Positions 37,002 through 47,541 are shown, numbered from the stretch's first letter. The stretch is 64,000 nt of DNA from Candidatus Nitrospinota bacterium M3_3B_026 (GCA_051418015.1 JBPRGF010000033.1:256001-320000), one strand, 5' to 3'. Translations and numbers: made by a program. The notes: generated by a model from the sequence alone, not told the origin.

Positions 37002-38069
37002 ATGCCCTGGGACAATATAGGCGGCAAGGGGTCCCGCGGAGGCGGGTCCGGCGGGTTCGACAAGTTGCCGGAGATAGACCTCAACAAGTTCAAGCCGCCG
37101 CCCTTCAAGCCCACATACATTGTCGGTGTTATCTTCGCCATAGCCATCCTGTGGGGAGTCCTCGGCGGGCTTTACAGGGTTGAGCAACAGCAGCAGGGCC
37201 TGGTGCTGGTTTTCGGAGAGCATGTCTCCACCACCGCGCCGGGGCTTCACTGGAACTTTCCGCCTCCCATAGGGAGGGTGGTGAAAGTCTACACCGAGGA
37301 GATAAAGAGGGTGGAGATCGGTTTCAGAAGCGAGGGCGGCGCCTCTTCCCTGGTGCTTCAGAAAGAGTCGCTCATGCTCACGGAGGGGGCGAACATGATC
37401 GATATCCACATGTCCGTCCAGTACCAGGTGCGCGATCCCTTCCAGTATATCTTCGGAGTGGCGGACGAATACCGCATCCTGAGGGACAACGACCTGTTCG
37501 AGACCGTCAAGGGCGTGGCCGAGGCGGCCCTGCGCGAGGTTGTGGGCAAAAACAAGATCGACGACATCCTCACCGTGGGCAAAGCCGTGATCCAGCAGGA
37601 TATACACGACCTGATGCAGGAAGTCCTGGACAGGTACGGCGCCGGCGTCTCGGTGTTGCTGGTGCAGCTTCAGGACGTCAATCCCCCCGACCAGGTGCGC
37701 GACGCCTTCCGCGACGTCAACAACGCCGAGGAGGACAGGAACAGGCTGATCCGCGAGGCGGAAGGGTATTATAACAGCGTCATACCTGAAGCCCGCGGCG
37801 AGGCGGCCCAGATGGTGGCCGAGTCCGAGGCGTACCGGGAACAGAAGATAAAGGAGGCCGAGGGCGACGCGCTTCGCTTCAACGCCCAGCTCGCCGAGTA
37901 CATCAAGGCCCCGGAGATCACCAAAAAGAGGCTCTACCTTGAGACGATGGAGAAAGTCATGGCCAGGGTTGACAAGGTGATAATCGATGACGAGGTCGCC
38001 AGGCGCGCCCTGCCTTTGTTGAACCTTGGCGCCGGGGCGGGCCTTGGAGCAGGGGAGGGGACGAAATGA
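37002..38069 (+). CDS. hflK: FtsH modulator HflK
   Basis: MPW start, SPFH domain, PGLHW, ESLMLT, KRLYLETME. Confidence 0.93.
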   Translation: MPWDNIGGKGSRGGGSGGFDKLPEIDLNKFKPPPFKPTYIVGVIFAIAILWGVLGGLYRVEQQQQGLVLVFGEHVSTTAPGLHWNFPPPIGRVVKVYTEEIKRVEIGFRSEGGASSLVLQKESLMLTEGANMIDIHMSVQYQVRDPFQYIFGVADEYRILRDNDLFETVKGVAEAALREVVGKNKIDDILTVGKAVIQQDIHDLMQEVLDRYGAGVSVLLVQLQDVNPPDQVRDAFRDVNNAEEDRNRLIREAEGYYNSVIPEARGEAAQMVAESEAYREQKIKEAEGDALRFNAQLAEYIKAPEITKKRLYLETMEKVMARVDKVIIDDEVARRALPLLNLGAGAGLGAGEGTK

Positions 38070-38932
38070 TCCGGGCGTTGTCCGTGGCTGTCCCCATAGT
38101 CGCCCTGGCCGCCCTGTACGTGCTGATCGACTCCGCCTTCATTATCTACCAGAACGAGCAGGCCGTTGTGGTGGAGTTCGGAAAGTTCGTGCGGACCATC
38201 CACGAGCCCGGCCTGAGCTTCAAGAAGCCCTTCATCCAGAATGTGGTCAAGTACGACAACAGGCTCCTGGCCCACGACGTGGAGCCGACGGAGATCATCA
38301 CCAAGGACAAGCGCACGCTGGTGATAGACAACTTCGCCAAGTGGAGGATCACCGACCCGGAGCAGTTCTACAAGCGCGTGAAGACGCTGGCGGTGGCCCG
38401 GGCGCGGCTGCGGGACATCATATACTCCGAGCTGAGGCTCGATTTCGGCGGGCACGACCTGGAAGAGATAGTCACCACCCACCGGGCGGACCTGATGCGG
38501 GAGGTGACCGAGCGCTCCAGCGAAAAGGCGCTCAACCTCAACATGGGCGTGGAGATAATCGACGTCAGAATAAAGCGGGCCGACCTGCATCCCGACAACC
38601 AGCCGAACGTCTTCAACCGCATGAGGGCGGAGCGCAAGAGGATCGCCAACAAGTTCCGCTCCGAGGGCAAGGAGGAGGCGCAGAAGATACGCGCCAAAAC
38701 CGACAAGGAGAAGGTGATAATCCTCGCCGAGGCGCGCAAGAAGGCGCAGGAGATCCACGGGGAGGGCGACGCGAAAGCCATAAAGATCACCGCGGAGTCT
38801 TTCGGCAGGGACCCGGAGTTCTACGCCTTTATGCGTTCGCTGGAGGCCTACGAGCAGTCGATCCTGGAAAAGGACAGGATCATCCTGTCGCCCGCCAACC
38901 CCTTCCTGGAATATCTGGCGCCGGGACGCTAA
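38066..38932 (+). CDS. hflC: FtsH modulator HflC
   Basis: SPFH domain, RMRAERKRIA, DPEFYAFMRSLEAY. Confidence 0.94.
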   Translation: MIRALSVAVPIVALAALYVLIDSAFIIYQNEQAVVVEFGKFVRTIHEPGLSFKKPFIQNVVKYDNRLLAHDVEPTEIITKDKRTLVIDNFAKWRITDPEQFYKRVKTLAVARARLRDIIYSELRLDFGGHDLEEIVTTHRADLMREVTERSSEKALNLNMGVEIIDVRIKRADLHPDNQPNVFNRMRAERKRIANKFRSEGKEEAQKIRAKTDKEKVIILAEARKKAQEIHGEGDAKAIKITAESFGRDPEFYAFMRSLEAYEQSILEKDRIILSPANPFLEYLAPGR

Positions 38933-39077
38933 AGTTTCCCGCCCCCCTGTCCGTAAATATAACCAAAGGCCCCGGATGGGCCTGTTAATAGCCGCTCAGG
39001 GAGCAGCGTATGAGCGGGCCTCGCGCCATTTTATGGCGGGCGCGAAGGTTTCAACAAGGATGTTGGAGGATGAAGCC

Positions 39078-39935
39078 ATGAGCATAGGATTGCCAAACAC
39101 GAAGATCGGCGGTGGACAGCTGGTCCAGCGGCCGGGTCTCGCCTCCCGCAGGCACAAGGTGGCGCCGTCCATCGCGGAGCAGGCCATATTTATCCCCAAA
39201 CCGCGCAAGCGTGTCGATTTCAAGATGAACGTCCCCGGCGGAGGAGATCCCATACCCCTTCCGGGATCGGGTAAAACAGCGGAGGCGAAGGTCGCCGACA
39301 GCATGACCCGCGGCGAACTGGGGCAGAACGGGCTGACCGCCAGATTCGGCAGGAATGCCTGGTCCGGCAGCCCCGCAGGTTACGTGAAGATGGAGGTGGA
39401 CCTGTCTCCCCAAAAACAGCACCACGTCATCGCCACCCAGGAGGAGGGAAGGCAGGTCAACCACGGCCAGGTCCACTTCACCCAGCAGTACGACACCTAC
39501 GGCAGGCCGCGCATAGGCTTCTCCCGGGAGCCTTACGATTTCGCCGCGACGAAGTATATGTCGATAACCAGCCAGGTCGCGTTCCAGAAAAATATCTCAG
39601 AGACGCGGGAAAACTTCGACAAATACCTGCTCAACGGCGCCGGAGGGGAGGAGGATCAGAAGGCCGCGGGGCAAAAGGAAAAATCCCCGGAGATACCGAT
39701 ATTCGGTTCCACCTCGTCTTTCGAGGACGACATGAAAAAGCTGGAGCCGGAGGATATGTTCCTCGGCCCGGAGCCGAAGGCGCTGAAAAAGCCTGTCGGG
39801 ATGTCAGCGGAGGAGGCTTTCAAGGCCCAGAGGGCAAAGAGCGGCGGAAAGGAGAGCGGTGACAGCGTCGCGGGAGCGGTCTTCAGCGGCGAGATCGACA
39901 CCGGATCGGTCAGGACGCTGGATGTCTCCGCCTGA
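39078..39935 (+). CDS. Hypothetical protein ending in LDVSA
   Basis: GGAGGA RBS before the ATG at 39078; long open frame; no recognisable domain. Confidence 0.72.
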   Translation: MSIGLPNTKIGGGQLVQRPGLASRRHKVAPSIAEQAIFIPKPRKRVDFKMNVPGGGDPIPLPGSGKTAEAKVADSMTRGELGQNGLTARFGRNAWSGSPAGYVKMEVDLSPQKQHHVIATQEEGRQVNHGQVHFTQQYDTYGRPRIGFSREPYDFAATKYMSITSQVAFQKNISETRENFDKYLLNGAGGEEDQKAAGQKEKSPEIPIFGSTSSFEDDMKKLEPEDMFLGPEPKALKKPVGMSAEEAFKAQRAKSGGKESGDSVAGAVFSGEIDTGSVRTLDVSA

Positions 39936-39958
39936 CGCGGCGGCGTCCGGAAAAACGG

Positions 39959-40783
39959 TCAGGCCCCTTTTTTCCTGTAGACGCGCAGGCTCTCCCGCCA
40001 CGGCTCGAACCCTTGCGCTCCTTCCGGCAGGCGCTCGTGTTTTCCGATGACAAGCGCGCCGCCGGGGTAGAGTATCTTCGCGATCGCGCGGGACGCCTTC
40101 TCCTGCGCGGCGTCATCGTAATACGTGAACACGAGGTTTCTCAGCAGAACGAGATGAAATCTCCCCTCCGGCGTCTCGCTGCGTATGTCCTGCGCCAGAA
40201 ACTTCACGTTCCGGCGGAACCGGGGGCGGAGAACGTATATATTACCCCTTTTCTCAAAAGCCTTATCGGCCCACTCTTCCGGCAGTTCCTTAAGCGAGCT
40301 TTTTGGGTAGGCCGCTTCCCGGGCGCTGGCCAGCAGGCCGATGCCGGCATCCGTGGCGATGATCTCAAGATCGGCTCCGGGCGGCGCGTTCGGTCGGGCC
40401 TTGAGCTTCCAGACGATATTCAAAGTGTATGGCTCCTCGCCACGGCCGCAGCCCGCGCTCCACGCCCGGACAAGTCTTTGGCCTCTCGCCAGGGCGCGGG
40501 TGGCGAGCTCCGGCAGGACAGCCTCGCCCAGGAAACTGAAAACCTCCCGGTCGCGGTAGAACCTGGATATGGTGATTCGTAACATCGAGTCCAGCTCCGT
40601 CCATTCCGAGGGATTTTCGAGCAGCAGGGAACGGTAGGCGGCAGGGGAGGATAGCCCCAGCTCCTTCAGCCGGCGGGCCAGTCTTTTGCGGACCTGGCCG
40701 CGGACTTTGCGAAAACCAGGCCACCGCATGGAAAGCCTCGGCAGAGCCCACCTCAAAAACTCAACAAGTTCCTCGTCTCGCAC
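39959..40783 (-). CDS. cheR: CheR-type SAM-dependent methyltransferase
   Basis: ITISRFYRD, WSAGCGRGEEPY, IIATD, LRNLVFTY, IGKHE. Confidence 0.85.
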   Translation of the reverse strand: MRDEELVEFLRWALPRLSMRWPGFRKVRGQVRKRLARRLKELGLSSPAAYRSLLLENPSEWTELDSMLRITISRFYRDREVFSFLGEAVLPELATRALARGQRLVRAWSAGCGRGEEPYTLNIVWKLKARPNAPPGADLEIIATDAGIGLLASAREAAYPKSSLKELPEEWADKAFEKRGNIYVLRPRFRRNVKFLAQDIRSETPEGRFHLVLLRNLVFTYYDDAAQEKASRAIAKILYPGGALVIGKHERLPEGAQGFEPWRESLRVYRKKGA

Positions 40784-40789
40784 GGCCTC

Positions 40790-43700
40790 TCACCGGGAGT
40801 GGCATCGTTCGATATAAGGGCAGCGTCCAGCCTCGCAGAAAGCCTCGTCGATGGTCATCCATTCGCTCTCCGGCTTCCCGTCGAGGCGGGCTATCAGCGA
40901 GGCGGCGTCGAGGATCGTCTTGCGGATTCCTTTCAGGTCGGCCCTCATAACGCGGATGGGCGAGACCGGCGACTCCTTCTCCTTCAGGTAGACGAGCGCC
41001 AGGTCCAGCGTGTCCATCCCCATCCGCTCCATCAGCGTGTAGGCGTATAGCTTGAGCTGGAGGATGTACCGGGGCTCGTCGGCCGGTTTTTCGGAGTATT
41101 TGTAGTCGGCGACCCTCCATTCTTCCCCGTTGAACCACGCGATGTCCGCCGCCCCAGCCACCGTCACCGTCATGCCTGGCCCCACGAGCCGCAGGGCCAT
41201 CGGTATCTCTCTTAAAATCGCCTCTTGTGGAGTGGAGGAAAGCTCCGACAGCGGCGGAGAGGAGAAGGCCCGCTCCAGGCTGTGAAGTATTTCTTCGCGT
41301 CCCTCCACGTCCAGGCCGGAAAACTCCTCCGCCACGGCTTTTTCCAGCGCGTCCTCCGGCGCTCCCAGCCCCAGCGGCGCCTTCTCCAGCAGGGTGTGGA
41401 TGCGAGAGCCGAGGCTGACAGGCGACGTCTCCGGCGCCAGGCCGGCCGGATAGACGGCCCCCGGGCGGGAGGGGGGCAGCTTCATCACCCCCTGGTAGTA
41501 GTAGAGCCTCGGACAGCGGCGCAGGGTGGCAAGGCCGGTCGCGGTGATCTTTATCTCCGGCCTGGAGGGTTTTCGTTTCTTCGCGGCGGCAGGCGACGGG
41601 GGCCTTCGTTTCGCGATGGCCTCCGCCTCAAGGGGAGCTTCCCTCCGCGCGGTCTCCGGGGACGCCGTGCAGGCCGCGGCCTCGATGGCCTCGACTTCCA
41701 GCCCAGCCTCGGCGATGATGTCATCGACCCATTTTTCCCACTTCCCCTTCCTGCCCGAAGACCCGCTCAGGATGAGCCTGTCCTTCGCCCTCGTCATGGC
41801 GACGTAGAGCAGACGCGCAAGCTCGGCCTCCCCGGCGGCGTTCTCGGCGGCGCGGACTTTTTCGAACATCGGCCCGGCGGCCCATTCGCCGCTTTCCGGG
41901 TCGTGGACCTTCATCCCGATTCCCGCGCTGTGATGGAAGGCCGTCCTGCCTCCACCCGCTGTCTCGCCAGCGCCGAGGTCGCCCACTATCACGATGGGGA
42001 ACTCCAGCCCCTTGCTCTGGTGCGTGGTCATTATCGTCACGGCGTCGCCGCCCGCGTTTATCTCCGCCTGCGCCTCCCTGGAGATATCCTCGCCTTCCAT
42101 CCGGGAGAGCCTCTGTATAAAGTTTTTCAGCCCCTTCCCCTCGTCCGACTCGAACCGCCTGGCCATCTCGATCAGCTTGAACAGGTTGGCCAGCCGCTGC
42201 TCGCCGTGGAACCTGCCTATCATCACCGCGCCGTAGCCCGTCTCCGCGAGGACCGTCTCCAGAAGCTCGGATATCATCATCCTGTCCCGCGTCTTTTTCC
42301 ATCGGCGGAACATTTCGGCGAATGTTTTGAGCTTTTCCCTGTCCTCTTTGTCGAGCCCCGGCGGGGTCTTTTTTTTCAGGATGAAATCCTCCGGCGCCTT
42401 GCGGGTCGCGCCGTCTTCTCCGCGGACGATTCTCAGGATCGCCGCGTCGCTCAACCCCGCCAGGGGCGAGCGCAGGACGCTCATGAGCGCGAGCCTGTCC
42501 CGTGAATAGTCCAGGGCCTTCAGCAGGCTGATGAAGTCCCGTATCTCCTGGGCGTGGTAAAACCCCTTGCCCCGCGCCACCTGGAAAGGGACACCGGCGA
42601 ACCGGAAGGCGTTTTCATACAGGTGGAGGTTGGTGAACTTTCTCAGCAAAAGCGCCACGTCGCCGAGCCCCGCGGGGCGGACGCCGGAGCCGTTCGCATG
42701 TCGTACCATGATCCCGCCGCTGGCGATATCCTTCGCCACGAAGCTTGCGATGGTGGCCGCCTCCAGCGCCCGGTAGTCTTCCGCCCTGCCGTTGTCGATG
42801 TTGAAGGAGAGCCTGGTCACCGGTCTTTCAGGGCCGTCGTCCCTGAACCTTGGCCTGAGGCTGTCCCTTTCGGGGTCGAACCGCGCGTCTTCCGGACCAC
42901 TACCCTTCATGAGCGCCGGGAAGAAGCCGTTGGTGAAACGGATGAGCCCCGGCGTGGAGCGGAAGTTCTTGGTCAGGGAGTATTCGCGCCCCCCGCTGCT
43001 TCGTATCATCTCCGCCACCTTTCCGAAGACGGTGACATCGGCCCCACGGAATCCATATATGGACTGTTTCACGTCCCCGACGACGAACAGCCTGCCGGAG
43101 CCGGGGGGCGCGAGCAGGGCTATGATCTCCTGTTGCAGGTCGTTGATGTCCTGGAATTCGTCCACCAGCGCGCGCCTGAACTTGCCGGAGAGAATGCGGC
43201 CCGTCTCCGGGTCTTTCCTTAAAAGGTCGCGGGCCTTCTCCTGCAGGTCGTCGTAGTCGAGCAGGGATTTTTTGTCTTTGACGCGGGAGTAGTCCCTTAT
43301 CACCTCTTCCATGACCTCCAGGAACGCTCGCGTGTTCGCCGCCGCCTCCCATTCAAGCGCTGGGGCCGCCATCCGGGCCAGCAGCTCGCCCGCCTCCTCC
43401 CCGCCCGCGGCGCTTTTCAGGCTTGCGGAGAGCTTGTGAAGCTCCACGGCATGGGCCAGAGAGGGGTCTGGAGACTCAAAAAGCTCCGGCCGCTCATTCA
43501 TCGTCTCCGTGAGCTTGAAGATTCTTGTGTTTTTCCTGGCTTTGCGCATCTCCGGGATCAGGGCGGAAAGCTCCTTGCGGGCAGCCTCAGCGTCGGCGTT
43601 GTCCAAAGTCCCCAGGAAACGCTCATAGTCCGAAAGCAGGGTTAGCGGCGTTTTGTTCGCCGCTCTCACCAGCGGGATCATGTCCACGATGTGGTTGACC

Positions 43701-44275
43701 AGCCCCGGCGACTTGAACCCCAGGTCGCGCGTCAGCCGGGCCGCGCCGCCGTGTCCGTCCCGCAGCAGCCTCAGGACGGTGTTCACGGCCGTTTTTTCCA
43801 GGAGCTCGGCCGCATCCATCTCGTCCATGACGGAGAAGGCCGGGTCCACCCCGGCGGCTATGGGGTTCTCTCTGAGCAATCGGGCGCAAAACGAGTGGAT
43901 GGTGGAGATATACGCCCCCTGCAGGGCCTGCCGCTGGCGGACGAGGTGGGCGAGCGCCTTTTCCTTTTCCCCCCAGCCCGGCGCGTCTTCGGGGAGGTTG
44001 GCCGTGGAGACCTCGACCTTCGCCGCTCTCCTCAGTTTTTCTATCTTGCCAGTCAGCCTGTCCCGGACGCGTTGTTTCATCTCCGCGGCTGCCTTCTCCG
44101 TGAAGGTGATGGCCACGAGCTGGTCCACGCGGGTGTAGCCTTCGTCTCCGTGGCGGAGAAGCTCGCTTACGTATTTCGAGACCAGCGCGTGGGTCTTGCC
44201 GGTTCCTGCGCCCGCGTGGAAGAGCATGTCCGCATCGCAGGCTCTTTTCTTTTCCACGGGCGTGGGCGTGTTCAA
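40790..44275 (-). CDS. addA: AddA/AdnB-like UvrD helicase with C-terminal PD-(D/E)XK nuclease
   Basis: AGAGTGKT, AITFTEKAA, VDEFQD, VGDVKQSIY, HQSKGLEF, YVAMTRA, ADYK; TTG start overlaps the addB stop. Confidence 0.88.
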   Translation of the reverse strand: MNTPTPVEKKRACDADMLFHAGAGTGKTHALVSKYVSELLRHGDEGYTRVDQLVAITFTEKAAAEMKQRVRDRLTGKIEKLRRAAKVEVSTANLPEDAPGWGEKEKALAHLVRQRQALQGAYISTIHSFCARLLRENPIAAGVDPAFSVMDEMDAAELLEKTAVNTVLRLLRDGHGGAARLTRDLGFKSPGLVNHIVDMIPLVRAANKTPLTLLSDYERFLGTLDNADAEAARKELSALIPEMRKARKNTRIFKLTETMNERPELFESPDPSLAHAVELHKLSASLKSAAGGEEAGELLARMAAPALEWEAAANTRAFLEVMEEVIRDYSRVKDKKSLLDYDDLQEKARDLLRKDPETGRILSGKFRRALVDEFQDINDLQQEIIALLAPPGSGRLFVVGDVKQSIYGFRGADVTVFGKVAEMIRSSGGREYSLTKNFRSTPGLIRFTNGFFPALMKGSGPEDARFDPERDSLRPRFRDDGPERPVTRLSFNIDNGRAEDYRALEAATIASFVAKDIASGGIMVRHANGSGVRPAGLGDVALLLRKFTNLHLYENAFRFAGVPFQVARGKGFYHAQEIRDFISLLKALDYSRDRLALMSVLRSPLAGLSDAAILRIVRGEDGATRKAPEDFILKKKTPPGLDKEDREKLKTFAEMFRRWKKTRDRMMISELLETVLAETGYGAVMIGRFHGEQRLANLFKLIEMARRFESDEGKGLKNFIQRLSRMEGEDISREAQAEINAGGDAVTIMTTHQSKGLEFPIVIVGDLGAGETAGGGRTAFHHSAGIGMKVHDPESGEWAAGPMFEKVRAAENAAGEAELARLLYVAMTRAKDRLILSGSSGRKGKWEKWVDDIIAEAGLEVEAIEAAACTASPETARREAPLEAEAIAKRRPPSPAAAKKRKPSRPEIKITATGLATLRRCPRLYYYQGVMKLPPSRPGAVYPAGLAPETSPVSLGSRIHTLLEKAPLGLGAPEDALEKAVAEEFSGLDVEGREEILHSLERAFSSPPLSELSSTPQEAILREIPMALRLVGPGMTVTVAGAADIAWFNGEEWRVADYKYSEKPADEPRYILQLKLYAYTLMERMGMDTLDLALVYLKEKESPVSPIRVMRADLKGIRKTILDAASLIARLDGKPESEWMTIDEAFCEAGRCPYIERCHSR

Positions 44276-47200
44276 CTGTCCCCTCCCGTCTCCGTGCCCG
44301 GAGCGGCCAGGAGCCTGCACAGCGAGGGGAAATCGCAGTAGTCGCACGATTCGGGATCGGGCGGGTAAACTCCCCCTTCCGCCCGCTCCATGGCGCCCAG
44401 GAGGACGGCTTCGAACAAGGCGTTTGCGTCCTTCGGGGGCTCGGCGCCGAGGGGGGAGAGAAACAGGCCGTCGTCCACCGGCGTTCGGTTTCTCCCCGCG
44501 TCCGTCCGGATCAGGATATCCCCCTTCTTTATCGCGCCCAGCAGGCGGTATCCGCCGGAGAGCCTTTTCGCCTCGTCAAGGAGCCCCCCGCCGAGGACGT
44601 AATCCCTGGCAAGGATCATGTACGCCGGGAGTTGGAACGAGGTTTTGCCCATGTTCTCGCGCCGGACGAATTTCCTGTAGCGGGTGGTGTTGGCGCCGAG
44701 CTTGTAGTCGATCACGCGGATTTCTTTTTTCTCAGGGTTGACGTCGATCCTGTCGATGGAGCCAACAAGGAGCCTGTCCACGCCGTCCCTGCCCCTGATC
44801 CTGTGTGGCGGGTTCTTCGCGTTTTTATAGAACTCCGGCAGATCGAACCTGGCCTCCACGGCCACGGGGACGAAACCGCTTTCCGATCTTTCCTCGATCT
44901 CTTTTTTCACTACGATGGCGAGTCTCGCCAGGGTTCGCTCCTTTTGCGTTTTCCAGACCGCCGGGTCACCCTGCCTGCCTTCCTTCTCGTATTTTTCGAA
45001 CACGCGGCGGGCCGACTCCGCGATCTCGCGCGTCATCATGGGCCCGTCCAGGCGCGCCGCCTCGCTCTTTTCGATAAGCCGCCCGTAGAAATCCTCCAGT
45101 ATCTCGTGCTGGAGGGAGCCGGTCTGCCTGGCATCAAGCTGCGGCTCCGGCTCGGCCGGGGGCTCGAGCTTAAGGAGCTTCGCGGCAAAATAGCGGAAAA
45201 GGCACTGGCCGAGCTTTTCGAGATCGGTGGGAGAGTGGCGCGCTTTCTCGTTCTCCAGCCGGACGCGCTTTGCGAGGTCTTCGGCCCCGGCCAGGAGCCC
45301 GTTGTGGGGTGATGTCATCCGTCGCTTCTTTTGCGGGTCTGTCTCGTGGAAGAAGGCGTCCCTGCCACGCTCCATCGCGGAGAGGCCAAGCAGCCTGACG
45401 AACCTGCTCCACCCGCCGCGTCCCCCGGCCGCGTCGGCTATCATTTTCTCCAGTTCGGCTTTTTCCGGCTGTCCCCTGAAAAGCTCCAGCAGAAGCTTTG
45501 TCTTTTTCTCTTCCGGGTCTATAAGCTCCTCGTATCTCTTCTGGATGGCGAGCCTCGGCCCCTCCTTCACCATCGCCTCGCGCTCTTTCCCCGCGGCGCC
45601 GGGCGCGAGGGCGTCCAGAACGTCGTCTACGAACTGGGAGCGCATCAAGGGGGAGCCGTCCAGCTCCATATCGCTGTAGGTCAGCGTGACGCGCTCTCCG
45701 GCGGTTTTCAGGGCCTGGAAGAAAAGGAGGGACTCCTCCCGCCACTTGTCCGCCGCCTTGTCGAAGACTTTTCGCCCCTTCGCGATGCCTGGGTCATCTT
45801 CCGCAGCCTCCGTCGCCCAAGCCTGGTTGAACCTCTCCTTTTCCGTGTCGTTGAGTATGGAGCCCGTTTCGATCCGTCTCGGGAACTCGCCTTCGCTCAA
45901 GCCCGCGATGAACAGGAACCGGAAAGCGGCCCCCACGGCGTCGTGCACGCCGAGGACGGCGGCCCTGTTTTCGTCCGCCGCGGCCTGGTCGGGGATGTCC
46001 CCTGCGTTTATCTGGTTCTCCAGCAGGCCGCGCAGGCCGTCGAAACCCGCGCCGCCGCCGCGCGCCCCGAGACTCTCGGCCGAGCGGGCCGCCTCTGTGA
46101 TGGTGTCCGACAGGAGGGCGAGGGAGCTGTTGTCGCGGAACCCTGCCGTCTCCGCCATCGGGCCCTCGACCGTTTCTCCGGGCCCGAAATCGAGAAAATC
46201 CAGGAGTTCTTTCAGGGCGGCGAAAAAGTCCGGCGGCCTGTTTTTGCCGCCGAAACTCTCCAGCCTCTTTATCAGGCCGATGGTCTCAGCCGCGATTTTC
46301 CCGCTTCCGGGCGGTTTTTGTTTCCGGGGAAGTTTTTTGAAAAGGGCGCTCCATTTGCGCGAAGGACCACCCATGATCCCTGCTTTCAGGAAAAGGCCGC
46401 GCGCCGCGTCGGGGTCGAGATTTTCGAACCTGTGGAAATATGGCGAAGAGAGGACGCGCAGGACGCTTTCCCTTTCGAACCCGCCGTCGATCGCCTCGAA
46501 CAGAGAAAAAAGCGCCCGGGCCGCCGGACTCTGGCCGAGGCTCAGGCCGCGCCTCATCCTGAAGGGTATCCGGTAGCGTCTGAAGACATCCTCCACTATG
46601 GCCCCGTATGGCCTCACGTCCCGCAGGACAAGGCCGAAGTCCGCCCACCGGGAGCCGGTCTTCTCCCTCGTGGAGACGATCCTGGCGCCGACTTCCTCTA
46701 TCTCCCGGTACCTGCTGGACAGTCTCAGTATCTCCACCCTTTCGATGAGAGCCTCGTCCGGCGGGGCCGGCTCCGGCGAAAGGCTGAATATCCTCTTGCG
46801 CAAGGGCCCGAGCGGCCCGCCGGAAGCCTCCTCGTAATGTATCGAAAGCCCCCCTTCGGCGTCCGCGAGATCCTCGAACTTCTCTATGTTGGATACGATG
46901 AATCCAAAAGCTTTCGCCCTCTCATCCGGCAGGGGGACGACGATGGTTACGGGAATTTTCCTCGCTATGCGGCGGAAGAGCTCGAACCTGTACGGGGTGA
47001 ACTGGTATATGTCGCGCAGGGCGATGGCGTCGAACCGCCGCAGGGTGGGGGCGTTAAAGGCGTCTTCGCCGTCCAGCGCCTCGATGAGCCGCTGGCGCAG
47101 GATTCCCTCGTCCACAAACCCGCGCTCTTTCAGCCTGCCCCTGTAACGTTCATAAAGTCCGGCGATCTCATCCTCCTTGGAAGGGGCGTAATCCCTGATC

Positions 47201-47541
47201 GCCGCCAGCCCCTCCGGCGCGACAAGACCCGCGCCAAGCTCGTCGAAGAAGGAAAGCAGGGCGGCGTTGAACCCGGCCCTCGTCATGGCCGGTCTGAGCG
47301 CGCCGCCGCGCCGCCTGTAATAATCGCCGATCACCTCGGCGAGCAGCAGCGACCTGCCGAATCCGCCCAGGGGCCTCGAGGGGCCGAGTATCTCCGCCTG
47401 GAGGCGGCGCTCGAAAGCGCCAAAGGTCATCATGTACGGCGTGACCGCCGCCGCGTTCCCGCCGCTGTCCAATAGCTCGTCCACGGCCATGGAGAGGCGT
47501 TGGGCGGTGGGGTAAAGGACGAGGGAGAATCGCTGGATCAT
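44272..47541 (-). CDS. addB: AddB-like inactive helicase with PD-(D/E)XK Fe-S nuclease
   Basis: Degenerate helicase; C..GSIDRID..IDYK..QLPAY..CDYCDFPSLC. Confidence 0.85.
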   Translation of the reverse strand: MIQRFSLVLYPTAQRLSMAVDELLDSGGNAAAVTPYMMTFGAFERRLQAEILGPSRPLGGFGRSLLLAEVIGDYYRRRGGALRPAMTRAGFNAALLSFFDELGAGLVAPEGLAAIRDYAPSKEDEIAGLYERYRGRLKERGFVDEGILRQRLIEALDGEDAFNAPTLRRFDAIALRDIYQFTPYRFELFRRIARKIPVTIVVPLPDERAKAFGFIVSNIEKFEDLADAEGGLSIHYEEASGGPLGPLRKRIFSLSPEPAPPDEALIERVEILRLSSRYREIEEVGARIVSTREKTGSRWADFGLVLRDVRPYGAIVEDVFRRYRIPFRMRRGLSLGQSPAARALFSLFEAIDGGFERESVLRVLSSPYFHRFENLDPDAARGLFLKAGIMGGPSRKWSALFKKLPRKQKPPGSGKIAAETIGLIKRLESFGGKNRPPDFFAALKELLDFLDFGPGETVEGPMAETAGFRDNSSLALLSDTITEAARSAESLGARGGGAGFDGLRGLLENQINAGDIPDQAAADENRAAVLGVHDAVGAAFRFLFIAGLSEGEFPRRIETGSILNDTEKERFNQAWATEAAEDDPGIAKGRKVFDKAADKWREESLLFFQALKTAGERVTLTYSDMELDGSPLMRSQFVDDVLDALAPGAAGKEREAMVKEGPRLAIQKRYEELIDPEEKKTKLLLELFRGQPEKAELEKMIADAAGGRGGWSRFVRLLGLSAMERGRDAFFHETDPQKKRRMTSPHNGLLAGAEDLAKRVRLENEKARHSPTDLEKLGQCLFRYFAAKLLKLEPPAEPEPQLDARQTGSLQHEILEDFYGRLIEKSEAARLDGPMMTREIAESARRVFEKYEKEGRQGDPAVWKTQKERTLARLAIVVKKEIEERSESGFVPVAVEARFDLPEFYKNAKNPPHRIRGRDGVDRLLVGSIDRIDVNPEKKEIRVIDYKLGANTTRYRKFVRRENMGKTSFQLPAYMILARDYVLGGGLLDEAKRLSGGYRLLGAIKKGDILIRTDAGRNRTPVDDGLFLSPLGAEPPKDANALFEAVLLGAMERAEGGVYPPDPESCDYCDFPSLCRLLAAPGTETGGDS

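Noticed and set aside
44272..45260. Cas4-like Fe-S nuclease suggesting CRISPR-Cas
   Set aside because: It is the C-terminal domain of AddB; no repeat-spacer array or cas1/cas2 was seen
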